IMG/VR virus record: IMGVR_UViG_3300020153_000001
Location: 1-64,000 of that record
DNA from: a virus
Length of the DNA: 64,000 nt
Direction: 5' to 3' (one strand)
Shown here: in pieces, positions 45,541 through 54,984 of the stretch
Numbering within the stretch: the stretch's first letter is position 1
Layout: every line of letters starts with the position of its first letter
Translations under genes and position numbers: made by a program
The notes under the pieces: generated by a model
Databases searched by the model: none
What the model was told of the DNA's origin: nothing
Seen by the model: the letters and a program-made list of their open reading frames with translations, nothing else

Positions 45541-48500
45541 TTAAGCGATAAGGTCAGTCTCTATACCAGCTAATGGTACGCTAGCCGTTCCAAAGGAATC
45601 ATTTCGTTTACCAGACTGGGCTATATTCTGACCTGGTGGGTTAACCTGAGGTGCTGTTCGAGTTGGAGGAACTCCCGACGATCTAGACGAGAGAGTACGC
45701 ACAAGAGGAGGAACTTCCTGAGTTGCAACTAGCGGCGGCTGGCTGCCGCCCGCAGAATATATAGACCGACGACCGGGAGCCGGCAACGATTGAACATTTT
45801 CGTCGAACGGAGCTGGAGGCTTATGGCCTTCAGATAATCGTTTTAGGGAAGAATACATTTGGTAGTAGCCTTCGCTTAACTTACCAGGAATATTCCGAAC
45901 ATCGCCGCTTAAGATTGCCCCAGCGACTCGGTGAATATAATCCATATTTCCTCCCGTACCGGACGCGAGCAACGCATAAACTACATCGCGGTATTCGATC
46001 TTACCGAGTTGATAGTCTCTCACAATCTTACTCACCACGTCTACAAACTCTGGTGTAAATCTACCCCTACCTACAGTGGCAAACTGCTTCCTAATTATAT
46101 ACGCGGAATAGTTCGCCAAGTCCTGCCGGGTAGGATTTTCTGGCAGCAAATACACGGGCGGACCATAGTCCGGTTGTGTCGTATCTGACTGAGACGCCGG
46201 CGGTCGGGTCGGACGCGTTTGTGCTACCGTAAATTCATCGTCCAATGACTCCCTTTGCCCGCGAAGAAACTCTCTTACACGCCGCCTTTCAGCTATTCCA
46301 GGATCTATAGGCACTCTATTTTCTCCAGCATATTGGCGATCACGCGACCTATCCCTGAACGGTAATGGTGTTCTTTTCTGTCTTTCTTCCCAGGCCTTTC
46401 TCCACCAGTCGTGTTCGTGGCCGAAGTTGCCGCCCGGGAATAATTCATCAACGTCTTTAGAAGCTCCCGGATACGCCGCGGATCTGCCGTGTAACATGAT
46501 GTCGTAGTCATCAAGAACTTTAGTACCACGGTTGGTGATCTGGTTATATGCTTCCTTGATCTTGTCCCATTCTTCCGGAGAGTAAATACTCTTTAGCTGA
46601 GCTACTAAATTTTCAACTGATGCCCTACCCTTTGGACCATGTCTAGCCTCGTGCCCTAGAGAACTTTGAATTTGCAACAGCCTTATCAGACCTATCGCAT
46701 TTCTGACGGAATGGCCGTCGACGTACTGATTACCGTTTTCGTCCTGTTTAGCAAAATGCCGGCTCGCAATACCTATAACGTCTGCTTTATCCCAAAACGT
46801 GTCATAGCCTAACCTGCGCCAGTTGTAGCTATCGCTCCACTGGTCCGCGATTTTTAGCGCGTCCTCAGAAACCTTTCCATACACAGTATCAATAACTCTG
46901 GTGTAGTCTTTATAATCCCGGTTCTTCATTACTTGGTTGTAATAGCTAGTCGCTTCCTTGTGTTTTTGCGCCGATTCCTCCAGCCTCTCATCTATGGTTT
47001 TTTGTACGGTCACTACTCTACCGTCCGGGAACACGGCAAACGTTCGACCGGTCTTTTCATCTTTGTATACGCCAGGCGATAAGCCCTTAGGCGGCGGCTG
47101 CTGCAAGACCTTGATGTGTGGTGGTATATTTTGTGCCGGTTCCCTTGCAGCTTGTTGTTGTTGCTGTTGTTGGTCAGCCTCCGGTTGTTGGTCAGCCTCC
47201 GGTCGCCGGTCAGTACGTCTAGTACGAGCCTCCTGCACTCCATCTTGCGTAAATCCTGGGGCTATGCTTAGGTTTGGCGCACGTTTAGACAGTTTACTAG
47301 CGTCAGCCTTGTCGACATATTGGTTTACGTGCGGCCTTGCCAGCAGCTGTCCAACAAGCACGTGACCTAGCGACGCTTTTTGGTCTTTCGGCAGAGACTG
47401 AAGTAGTGCTAAGTATGGCTCCAATGTATATAAAAGCTTACCATATTCGTCCTGCGGAAGCACATCGCTAAGTTCTTCCATCGAAATTCTGAGCTCATCG
47501 GCCAGCTTTCCAACGGTCATGTTGAGATCGACGGGCTGCTTCTCATTTATTAATTCGGCAAGTTTCAATATACCATCATATCGATCAAGCCCCCTTAAGA
47601 AGTTGATGATATCTATAATCGCCTTGAATGGAACTTTATCGTCGACGCTTTCAACATATTTCTGTTTTATAAAATGCGACACCATAAAATTAATCGCATC
47701 ATCGGGCACGTTGGCCGCTTTTGCTTTAGCGATTAACTCTCGCAGCGTTATTTCCGGCAGGTTTAACTCTATCCACGCGTCATTCACCGATTCTTGTGCT
47801 TGTTTCGTAAACGGAAGCAGCGCTGTCGCGATAGACGCAAGCTTACTATTGAGTCTGCGTAGATAAGTTTGCCTCACGTTATCCGAGAATTCTCCTCCGA
47901 AAATAACCTTGCAGGCTTCGTCTAACCGGCCTTGCTTGGCAGCGCCTTTAAGGTATGATCTTAAAAAATAGTACCACGTGCCAGAATCGACCTGTCTTGA
48001 CTCCTTTATTTGCTTAGCGAAAAAGTTCGCGGCTGTCGCTTCTGGCGAAGGAAGCGGAGTAGTACTGAGCTTTCTATATATCTCGTTAAAACGAGAATAT
48101 GGCGGCGGCTGGATGCCGAGTCTGCTTGCTAGTTGTTCTCCAATCTTGTCGGCAAGCGGTTGTAGTTGTGGATGGTGTGGATAGTATCGAGAAACTATCC
48201 CAAGGAACTTATCAACAAACTCTGGGGGCAGATTGTTGCCACTATATATCTCTGGATGTTTTCGGATAAGATCGCGAGCCTGCGCTACGAAATCCTCAGG
48301 AAACGCGCCCGGATTTATCCCTGATACTCGCAGCAGCGCTGCGGCGGCGGTTCTCTGAAAAAAGCTGCTTTCGGGGTTAAAGTAGTCCAAAATCGGCTTG
48401 ATCTCGTCTCTTTTAACAGGCGGAACTATAATCTTGTAGTACTTATGAATGTCGCCAGCGTCCGTCGATTCTTTAATAAGTGGTCGCGGGCAGTTAGATA

Positions 48501-48543
48501 AGTTATTGATAGCGTTATTGAGTCTGTTGACATATGCGGACAT
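45541..48543 (-). CDS. 1000-aa multi-domain hypothetical protein (putative inner-head/ejected)
   Basis: Helical domains joined by Q/P-rich linkers; FTKQAQ; isolated HEARH; SD from palindrome copy 10. Confidence 0.85.
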   Translation of the reverse strand: MSAYVNRLNNAINNLSNCPRPLIKESTDAGDIHKYYKIIVPPVKRDEIKPILDYFNPESSFFQRTAAAALLRVSGINPGAFPEDFVAQARDLIRKHPEIYSGNNLPPEFVDKFLGIVSRYYPHHPQLQPLADKIGEQLASRLGIQPPPYSRFNEIYRKLSTTPLPSPEATAANFFAKQIKESRQVDSGTWYYFLRSYLKGAAKQGRLDEACKVIFGGEFSDNVRQTYLRRLNSKLASIATALLPFTKQAQESVNDAWIELNLPEITLRELIAKAKAANVPDDAINFMVSHFIKQKYVESVDDKVPFKAIIDIINFLRGLDRYDGILKLAELINEKQPVDLNMTVGKLADELRISMEELSDVLPQDEYGKLLYTLEPYLALLQSLPKDQKASLGHVLVGQLLARPHVNQYVDKADASKLSKRAPNLSIAPGFTQDGVQEARTRRTDRRPEADQQPEADQQQQQQQAAREPAQNIPPHIKVLQQPPPKGLSPGVYKDEKTGRTFAVFPDGRVVTVQKTIDERLEESAQKHKEATSYYNQVMKNRDYKDYTRVIDTVYGKVSEDALKIADQWSDSYNWRRLGYDTFWDKADVIGIASRHFAKQDENGNQYVDGHSVRNAIGLIRLLQIQSSLGHEARHGPKGRASVENLVAQLKSIYSPEEWDKIKEAYNQITNRGTKVLDDYDIMLHGRSAAYPGASKDVDELFPGGNFGHEHDWWRKAWEERQKRTPLPFRDRSRDRQYAGENRVPIDPGIAERRRVREFLRGQRESLDDEFTVAQTRPTRPPASQSDTTQPDYGPPVYLLPENPTRQDLANYSAYIIRKQFATVGRGRFTPEFVDVVSKIVRDYQLGKIEYRDVVYALLASGTGGNMDYIHRVAGAILSGDVRNIPGKLSEGYYQMYSSLKRLSEGHKPPAPFDENVQSLPAPGRRSIYSAGGSQPPLVATQEVPPLVRTLSSRSSGVPPTRTAPQVNPPGQNIAQSGKRNDSFGTASVPLAGIETDLIA

Positions 48544-48544
48544 T

Positions 48545-48564
48545 TTTTGACTCCGGAGTCAAAA
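48545..48564. repeat. Palindrome copy 10 (perfect); holds the beta'-C TGA stop and the next gene's GGAG
   Basis: Read directly. Confidence 0.95.
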
Positions 48565-50412
48565 TTGCCTGGCCTGTTCGACAACACCCTTAGCCCATTG
48601 CTGAAGGGGTATACCTATTGCTTTAGCAGGAACAAAGCTTGTGCCGTAAATATCAGCCATAGAACCCTGTCTTACCGCCGATAGCAGCGCGCGTACCTGG
48701 TTCGAGCCAAACAGTCTGGTCATCCAGTTAGGATCAAATTCAAGCGTAGAAGCCGCACGGACCATGTATGGTTCAAACGGCGGCGGCTCGCTATGAACAA
48801 CGATGTCTTTTATACCAGCTTCCCTTAGCTCTTTAACGACAGACTGTTTGATCTTCGTACCTATGGTATAGTGCAACACGGGAACCTCTAAGTAATAGCC
48901 TATAGCGCTATCGACGGGCACCCTCATACTACCACGACGGGGCTTCCATCGCTTTACTATTTCGCCATACGGCACAATTTCGTCTAAATAAAACCCCCCA
49001 AACGGCTGGGTTATAACAACATGGTCGATAAGCCCACGTGCTAACAGCTCGACGTTTCGTCTATGTACCGGCTGACCAGCATCTCGCATGGCGTCGCAAA
49101 ACATCTTAACAAACGCGCGTCGACCTTCGCCTATTCCTTTTTGTCTCACTACCTCGGCAGGGTTAGGTAGCCCCTCCGTAATCATGTCACCGGCTTCTAC
49201 AGTATCGCCTTCTTTCACTATAGGAGGATGGCTAGGCGGCGAAAGATGCTCCACGTCGCCAACAACGATTTTCCATTGGCCGATCTCGTTTCTTGTGATG
49301 GACCGAACTTTACCATCAACCTGACTGTGTATTGCCCCGCCCACAAACGTCTTTGGGACGTTTAGCATCTGTTCGAGTACCTTAAAACCACTAAACTTCG
49401 TCACACCGCCCGTGTGCTTTGAGCTTATAGATGTTTGCGTTATTCGCTCTCCTATGGCCTGCGCCGCGGAAAGACCAGGTATGCTACCGATTTCAGGAAG
49501 TCGACCGTGTTCGCGTATACCAGCATCGACAGCATAGACGCCGTCAACTGCCGGGCTAGCAATAGGACTACGAACAACGATCTTTTTAATGCCGTCTTTC
49601 TTGAGGTCTTCGTATACCGCCGGAGTAATCTCTGTACCGGCTGGCCATCTTCCTGCAGGAAGGGCTAAGAATGCGCCGATATTGTCGGGGTCGTCTGCAT
49701 TTACCGGCAACCCTAACGGGTAAGGTAGCTTAGCCTTATGATCATGGCCTATGACAACTAATCTATGAGCCGCTCTGTTTAGAAGTTTTGAAAGATAACC
49801 GCTTCTGGCGACGCCCAGCTTAGAATCTGCTAGTCCCTTTCTTGCTCCGTAGCAAGCAGCCCAGAACTCTGCTGTCGGTACACCAGCTGAATAGCTAGAA
49901 AGGACAGGGAATGGTACAACTTCGCCAGCCCTGTCGAAATACGCCGTATCGCCCATAATAAGCCGCTTAAGCATTGCAGGATTGCCTCTGGCGCCGGAAT
50001 AGACGTGTTCATAGAATCGGTTATTCCGCGCCTTGGCCTCATCCATCGTCAATTGAAGCAGCGTTTGCGAATGGGCAAATATAGCTTCAGATATCTTTTT
50101 GCGCTTCTCGTCGTCTGGCAGATCGCTTCCCGCAATACGCTCAATATCTTTTAAGATGGCTGGACGGTAGGAATAAGAAGATGGGAGGGGCTTTAAGTCT
50201 TCAAGGGAAAAAGATGCGCCGTCGCTGGCTAGTAGCGCCTGGACCGCGAGCTGGTTAAGCCGCCTTGTAATTTGCCCGTACTTATCAGGATACTTCTTAG
50301 CAAGTTCGGCGTAGAAGCTATTTACAGACTTCTTCGTGAACTCCTCGGGCAGACTAAGGTCAGAAGGGAGAACTTCCGAGAGTAAAAGGCGGCCTACCGT
50401 AACCTGATTCAT
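48559..50412 (-). CDS. rpoC: RNA polymerase beta' subunit, C-terminal half
   Basis: TVGRLLL, SGARG, bridge helix GARKGLAD..SGYL, trigger loop AAQAIGERITQ..HTGG, VHRRNVELLARG. Confidence 0.93.
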   Translation of the reverse strand: MNQVTVGRLLLSEVLPSDLSLPEEFTKKSVNSFYAELAKKYPDKYGQITRRLNQLAVQALLASDGASFSLEDLKPLPSSYSYRPAILKDIERIAGSDLPDDEKRKKISEAIFAHSQTLLQLTMDEAKARNNRFYEHVYSGARGNPAMLKRLIMGDTAYFDRAGEVVPFPVLSSYSAGVPTAEFWAACYGARKGLADSKLGVARSGYLSKLLNRAAHRLVVIGHDHKAKLPYPLGLPVNADDPDNIGAFLALPAGRWPAGTEITPAVYEDLKKDGIKKIVVRSPIASPAVDGVYAVDAGIREHGRLPEIGSIPGLSAAQAIGERITQTSISSKHTGGVTKFSGFKVLEQMLNVPKTFVGGAIHSQVDGKVRSITRNEIGQWKIVVGDVEHLSPPSHPPIVKEGDTVEAGDMITEGLPNPAEVVRQKGIGEGRRAFVKMFCDAMRDAGQPVHRRNVELLARGLIDHVVITQPFGGFYLDEIVPYGEIVKRWKPRRGSMRVPVDSAIGYYLEVPVLHYTIGTKIKQSVVKELREAGIKDIVVHSEPPPFEPYMVRAASTLEFDPNWMTRLFGSNQVRALLSAVRQGSMADIYGTSFVPAKAIGIPLQQWAKGVVEQARQF

Positions 50413-50674
50413 GGTATCGAGCTAAGTCCTGATCCGATGGTTGTGCGGGAACAGACAACTGTGGCATAAACGGCTTGGCATCGATAACTTGCGTAGGAGC
50501 GCGTTCGGCTGGATAACCTGTCATTGACAGTACTTTTGGGAAATCAGCGCTTACGCAAGTATCGAATACAAGCACGTTTCCATTATCAAATCCTGCAGCC
50601 ACAGCGTTGCCGAATGTATCTAGTACGACAAACTTCTTACACTCTAACTCTTTATCGTCTATGATAATTTTCAT
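50360..50674 (-). CDS. Small hypothetical protein
   Basis: 104 aa; overlaps the beta'-C start by 53 nt. Confidence 0.55.
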   Translation of the reverse strand: MKIIIDDKELECKKFVVLDTFGNAVAAGFDNGNVLVFDTCVSADFPKVLSMTGYPAERAPTQVIDAKPFMPQLSVPAQPSDQDLARYHESGYGRPPFTLGSSPF

Positions 50675-50721
50675 TGTGCTACACCAACTGTAAGTTTAAT
50701 TTGAAATGGCCGACGTTACGG

Positions 50722-50886
50722 CTATATCTTTGGAGCTTTAGTAGGTTTAACGTACTTTGGCATTACGGCACGCGCGGTACGCGCTGGCTGATTTGTCTTC
50801 TTCGCCTCTGATTCGGCACGACGAAGAAGATGCTTCAACGACAAAACGGGCCGTAGCGAGAAAAACTGTCTCTTTTTTCTAGCCAT
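50722..50886 (-). CDS. 54-aa basic ORF below the track threshold
   Basis: MARKKRQFFSLRPVLSLKHLLRRAESEAKKTNQPARTARAVMPKYVKPTKAPKI, preceded by AGGGTG. Confidence 0.4.
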   Translation of the reverse strand: MARKKRQFFSLRPVLSLKHLLRRAESEAKKTNQPARTARAVMPKYVKPTKAPKI

Positions 50887-50904
50887 AGTTAAAGTCACCC
50901 TATT

Positions 50905-51678
50905 TTATGGCTGTATGCCGAATAGTGCGTGTGGTAACATCCAACCATACGTTGTTGGACTGCGCAGGATCATTTCGAGTTGTTGGTTATTAGCGGACAG
51001 CGCACTTGTAATAGCAGCCCTTGCAGTTTGCGCGTCCGCTAGCATGCGCTGCGCATCCTTACTACTCTTATTAGGTGTCGCCTGATATGCTATCCTGCTC
51101 GCTAAGTACGTGTTCAGTCTATCGTTTATCTTATTGCGGTCCGCGGGGTCGGATAGAGTCAAATGAGATAAAACCTTAACGGTCCGCGCAAACATCGCAT
51201 CGTCTAATGCGGTGTAGAATACGTTGAGCTCGTTGACGGTTTTATTCGACCGGAGTGCGCTACGAAGCAATTTCAAGTCGCCGTCTTGTATCGCTTCGTA
51301 GGTTTTCATATATAGCTCTGTCTCGTCACCATGACCTATCACATCCTTGAGCGAGCTGATGCCAGACGAGGCGGGCGGCTGCCTTGTAAGCCACGCTAGC
51401 TGACTAAACTCCTCAAGCTCTTTAAGCCCCTTAAGCTCATCAGCAGGTTCTGTCGGTTTCGAGTAGTTTAATAGAGAATATAAACCACCGCCCGCGGCAC
51501 CCAAAAGCCCGCCAAGCAAAGTCTTGCTTCTTTGGCCTGGAAACAGTAAATCAAGCAGGGCGCCTATCGCTAGACCGGCCCCACCGCCCAATAGGGCGGG
51601 CTTTGCAAATCTAGCTAACTCCTCCCAATCAAGGGCAAGCTTTGTAAAACTGTCGTTTGCAAAATCGTAGATTAGCAT
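50905..51678 (-). CDS. Membrane-segment protein
   Basis: FTKLAL followed by two Gly-rich hydrophobic helices; AAGGAGG SD. Confidence 0.8.
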   Translation of the reverse strand: MLIYDFANDSFTKLALDWEELARFAKPALLGGGAGLAIGALLDLLFPGQRSKTLLGGLLGAAGGGLYSLLNYSKPTEPADELKGLKELEEFSQLAWLTRQPPASSGISSLKDVIGHGDETELYMKTYEAIQDGDLKLLRSALRSNKTVNELNVFYTALDDAMFARTVKVLSHLTLSDPADRNKINDRLNTYLASRIAYQATPNKSSKDAQRMLADAQTARAAITSALSANNQQLEMILRSPTTYGWMLPHALFGIQP

Positions 51679-51706
51679 ACCTTATCTGCCTCCTTATATA
51701 TGCATT

Positions 51707-52081
51707 CTATTTAGTAAACCATTTCTGTTGTATTGCTTTATACCAGTTCGCAAAGTTGACCTTTTCCCTCAACCCCGGCGACATCGCAGTTAACGCAAGA
51801 CCGCCTAACGCAAGAAGTATCGGCACAAACGGCTCTTTCGACACAAAAGAGCCAAGTACCGCCAATATAGTTGGCAATGTACCATAACCAGCGAGCTCGG
51901 TAGGCAACTGGCGTCGTAATTCCTGTTCCGCTGCAGCTCGTTGTTTGCTTACGTAATCACCAATTAAGTTGGTTAGCTCATCTGCTTTATCTTGTGGAAG
52001 TATACCAGCCAGCGTCTGGCGTATTTTACCAAGAGTATCTTGCTGTGCCTGTGCTTGCTTTGATAGTAGCCTTATGGACAT
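51707..52081 (-). CDS. Small membrane protein
   Basis: LSKQAQ; two C-terminal hydrophobic segments; GGAGG SD. Confidence 0.75.
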   Translation of the reverse strand: MSIRLLSKQAQAQQDTLGKIRQTLAGILPQDKADELTNLIGDYVSKQRAAAEQELRRQLPTELAGYGTLPTILAVLGSFVSKEPFVPILLALGGLALTAMSPGLREKVNFANWYKAIQQKWFTK

Positions 52082-52083
52082 GT

Positions 52084-52803
52084 CTATCCTCCGAATATCG
52101 ATTTCTTAATATCCGGCGGTATAGATGCCGTATTTTCGTTGGGCTGCGCCGTCTCAGGTGGCGGCGATAGTGCCGGAGTAGTTTGTTCTTTTTCCTTAGG
52201 CGACTGCCGTACTTCTTCCTTTTCTGTCAAGTATACCTCTTCGTCAGACAACGCGTCTGACGGTATTTTCAAATTCAGCGCGTCGTAGATGCCTACTAGC
52301 AGCTTCCTGACTTTTACGAGTTCTGTATAAAGCGTAGTCGGTGTAACTTCTGCTTTTTGCACCTTGGGTGTCTCTTCACGCTCTAGCTCTTCTTTTGGCT
52401 TGCCTTCCGGTTTTTCCTCGGGTTTGCCCTCAGGCGGAGGTTCAGGCGGAGGAGGAGGCATAGCACCGAGTAAACCCATTAACGAGCCAAGGTCACCAGC
52501 GCCGGCAATCGGCATTGGTCCACCCGGCCCGGGAGGCATCGCGCCAGGCGGACCGCCCATAGGAGGCCCACCCATAGGAGGCCCACCCATTGGTGGGGCG
52601 CCTGGAGGACCACCAGGAGGAGCCATGCCAGCCATATCCATTGGCGGCATGCCACCTGTAGGTGGGGGCATCATACCAGCAGCTGGATCCTGCCCCGCTT
52701 TGACCGGAGTAAAGCCGCGTTTTTCCATATCCTTCTGCAAGGCGTTCGATAAGTACATCGCAATGATTGATCTAGCGAGATCGTCGACGTTATATGTCGC
52801 CAT
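52084..52803 (-). CDS. Pro/Gly/Met-rich low-complexity protein
   Basis: GGPPM repeats followed by an acidic segment; AGGGAG SD. Confidence 0.75.
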   Translation of the reverse strand: MATYNVDDLARSIIAMYLSNALQKDMEKRGFTPVKAGQDPAAGMMPPPTGGMPPMDMAGMAPPGGPPGAPPMGGPPMGGPPMGGPPGAMPPGPGGPMPIAGAGDLGSLMGLLGAMPPPPPEPPPEGKPEEKPEGKPKEELEREETPKVQKAEVTPTTLYTELVKVRKLLVGIYDALNLKIPSDALSDEEVYLTEKEEVRQSPKEKEQTTPALSPPPETAQPNENTASIPPDIKKSIFGG

Positions 52804-52814
52804 CTTTGTCTCCC

Positions 52815-53096
52815 TTATAGCTTTATGACTACACGTCGCTTGCCTTCCTGGTCGATTTCGCCGTTGTCGCTTAAGTATGCTGTATGTTCTTTTTCGGCTT
52901 CTTCGTCCTCTTCGCTGCTTCCAAACCAGTTTTTATACGCATACCAACCAAGCAAAGACAGTCCGGCTAGGCTAAGTACTACAGGCCAAAACGCAGAATA
53001 AGAAACTGTCGACGTGGTCGATGGCCCGGCGCTATTTGTCGCGGCGTTTGCTGTTGCACTAGCGGCCTGGCCGAGCTTTACGGCTTTATTTTTCAC
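52815..53096 (-). CDS. Small single-pass membrane protein
   Basis: AFWPVVLSLAGLSLLGWYAY; AAGGAGG SD. Confidence 0.7.
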   Translation of the reverse strand: MKNKAVKLGQAASATANAATNSAGPSTTSTVSYSAFWPVVLSLAGLSLLGWYAYKNWFGSSEEDEEAEKEHTAYLSDNGEIDQEGKRRVVIKL

Positions 53097-53128
53097 TAGA
53101 CGCCTCCTTTACCGATTTCTTATTATAT

Positions 53129-53137
53129 ATTGTACCA
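53129..53137 (-). promoter_or_regulatory. Extended -10 element TGGTACAAT
   Basis: Intergenic, 33 nt upstream of the 53096 start. Confidence 0.5.
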
Positions 53138-53234
53138 GATAAAAGTCTTATGTTGGACAATCCGGTCTAATATATTTAGCCAGACGCTAATCTCCTCGGA
53201 ATCATTTGTAAGTAAAACGGGACGATCAATTTTC

Positions 53235-54866
53235 CTAAGGCTGGTATTTAAAAAAGCCTTTTGTCAAAATATCAATTATCGGCGTTGTATATGTTTTACT
53301 AAACTCGCTTTCAGGGATAGGCGGCTTATATCCATATCTCATTCGACGTATATTAATATACCCGTCGCCAAGTCTGCTGCGGCTGGGTCCGATTGTACGA
53401 AAATATGGAATTACGTCTTCTACAACCCAGTCAATCGGGGTCTTGACTACATCTGAACCGCCTGGCAGCAGCCCCGCGCGCTTAGCCGACTGAACAAGTG
53501 GATGGTCGTCAAGACCTTTTACATATCCAATGAAAGCTATACTAAACGCATCAGCCGCAATCTCGCTTACAGTCCTTTGTAGGGAGTTCTCGATAGGAAG
53601 CGGGTAATTCATACTATGCCCAAACTCGTGGGCGAATACAGGCAGCTTATCCGATGTTTCAATGGTGTGCGTGCGAGGGCGATAAGCGCCTAGTAATTCC
53701 GGTGGCGGTGATTTTACCGATAGTCCGGGAAACCTAGTACCGAACTTGTTGTATAGATGATTTAAAACTTCTCCTACTCTACTCCATTCTTCAGTTTTCA
53801 ATTGCACCCGGCGATCTACTATTGCTGACGCCGCTTCGACTTCGCCAAGTATCAACTCAAGTTCATCTAAGTCACTTTGCAAAATTGTAGACATATTTTC
53901 TGGCTTGACCGCCGTTGGGCTCTGTGCAATGCCGAGGCGCTCGCTAAGCCTCCTGAGTGGGCCGGGCAGTTTTGGTGTTCTGCTAATTTCTGGATACGTA
54001 TAAAGCTCAGCTACAACTGGGCGTTTTGAAGGAAACAAAGTACGAAGATGGGACATTTGGCTGTCGCCTGTAATGAGCCCCTTTACTACCTGCTGTGCTT
54101 GCTCTCGACCGAATCTTTTCGTGAGAAACTGTTTCAAACTGTCTATAGATTCGCCACCATGAACCACTCCAACAGCCAACGAAACGCGCGCCGGATCTGC
54201 GAGTATTCTTTTTACAGCAATCTGCCTCTCTGACGGATCAATATCGAACATATTTACAAAAGACTCAACAGCAGAACGCACTTCATCCGAAGTCATCTGG
54301 CTGATGACAGGAGCATATTTGTCGTGGAAGCTGCTTAGGAGATGCTGTGCGGCCACGTCCGCGACGCCAGGATAGAGCCTCATTGTCAAATCCATTACTA
54401 GCCTGTCTCTTAGCGTCGCGTCAAACCGCTGCCCACCAACTATAGACCTTACCTCTTCAGGATAAGATATTAGAATCGCAGACAAATAGCGCCCAGCTAG
54501 ATCATTTTTGGTCTTATCGTCAATGCTCGCCAGATAGGCGTTAAAATCGGGCTTATCCGATGAAAATATATGTTGCTGTACCGGCTTTGCCAGCAGCGAT
54601 CTGGCAAAGAATTCAAAATCAGGTCTGAAGCTAATTGCCGAACGGCCCAACAACGCGTGGTACGATCTGTCTAGCGGCGCTATTCCAATAGCTCGATTAA
54701 GAGCTGCTGCTAGGGGGTGCCCGAGAACGTCCGGAGTAGTCTTTACTTCAATAGGCTCAAACTCGCTATAACGCCCCGTTGCTGCAGAGTATGTCTTCTC
54801 AAGCGCGCGCTCTCCGGATAAAAGTTTCCTTAAGTATGTATATACGTTCGATACCGCGGCTGGCAT
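53235..54866 (-). CDS. HExxH metallopeptidase-like protein, paralogue of 54985-56703
   Basis: AHEFGH and SEIAADAF; shares LYPGVAD and DDHPLVxxAKRAGLLPGG with its neighbour. Confidence 0.85.
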   Translation of the reverse strand: MPAAVSNVYTYLRKLLSGERALEKTYSAATGRYSEFEPIEVKTTPDVLGHPLAAALNRAIGIAPLDRSYHALLGRSAISFRPDFEFFARSLLAKPVQQHIFSSDKPDFNAYLASIDDKTKNDLAGRYLSAILISYPEEVRSIVGGQRFDATLRDRLVMDLTMRLYPGVADVAAQHLLSSFHDKYAPVISQMTSDEVRSAVESFVNMFDIDPSERQIAVKRILADPARVSLAVGVVHGGESIDSLKQFLTKRFGREQAQQVVKGLITGDSQMSHLRTLFPSKRPVVAELYTYPEISRTPKLPGPLRRLSERLGIAQSPTAVKPENMSTILQSDLDELELILGEVEAASAIVDRRVQLKTEEWSRVGEVLNHLYNKFGTRFPGLSVKSPPPELLGAYRPRTHTIETSDKLPVFAHEFGHSMNYPLPIENSLQRTVSEIAADAFSIAFIGYVKGLDDHPLVQSAKRAGLLPGGSDVVKTPIDWVVEDVIPYFRTIGPSRSRLGDGYINIRRMRYGYKPPIPESEFSKTYTTPIIDILTKGFFKYQP

Positions 54867-54883
54867 GGATTATTAATGGCAAC

Positions 54884-54903
54884 TTTTGACTCCGGAGTCA
54901 AAA
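54884..54903. repeat. Palindrome copy 11 (perfect)
   Basis: 17 nt upstream of the ATG at 54866. Confidence 0.95.
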
Positions 54904-54984
54904 TTCTTGTTGGCTTATGGCCTAAAATCCGAAGTGTCACCAACGACATCATCACTTACTCATTTAGTTTGTGCTTTTTCTTAT

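Noticed and set aside
46640-46670. HEARH in the 1000-aa protein as a fifth metallopeptidase
   Set aside because: No downstream E-x-x-A-[ND] third-ligand motif as in the four clear paralogues; may be chance.
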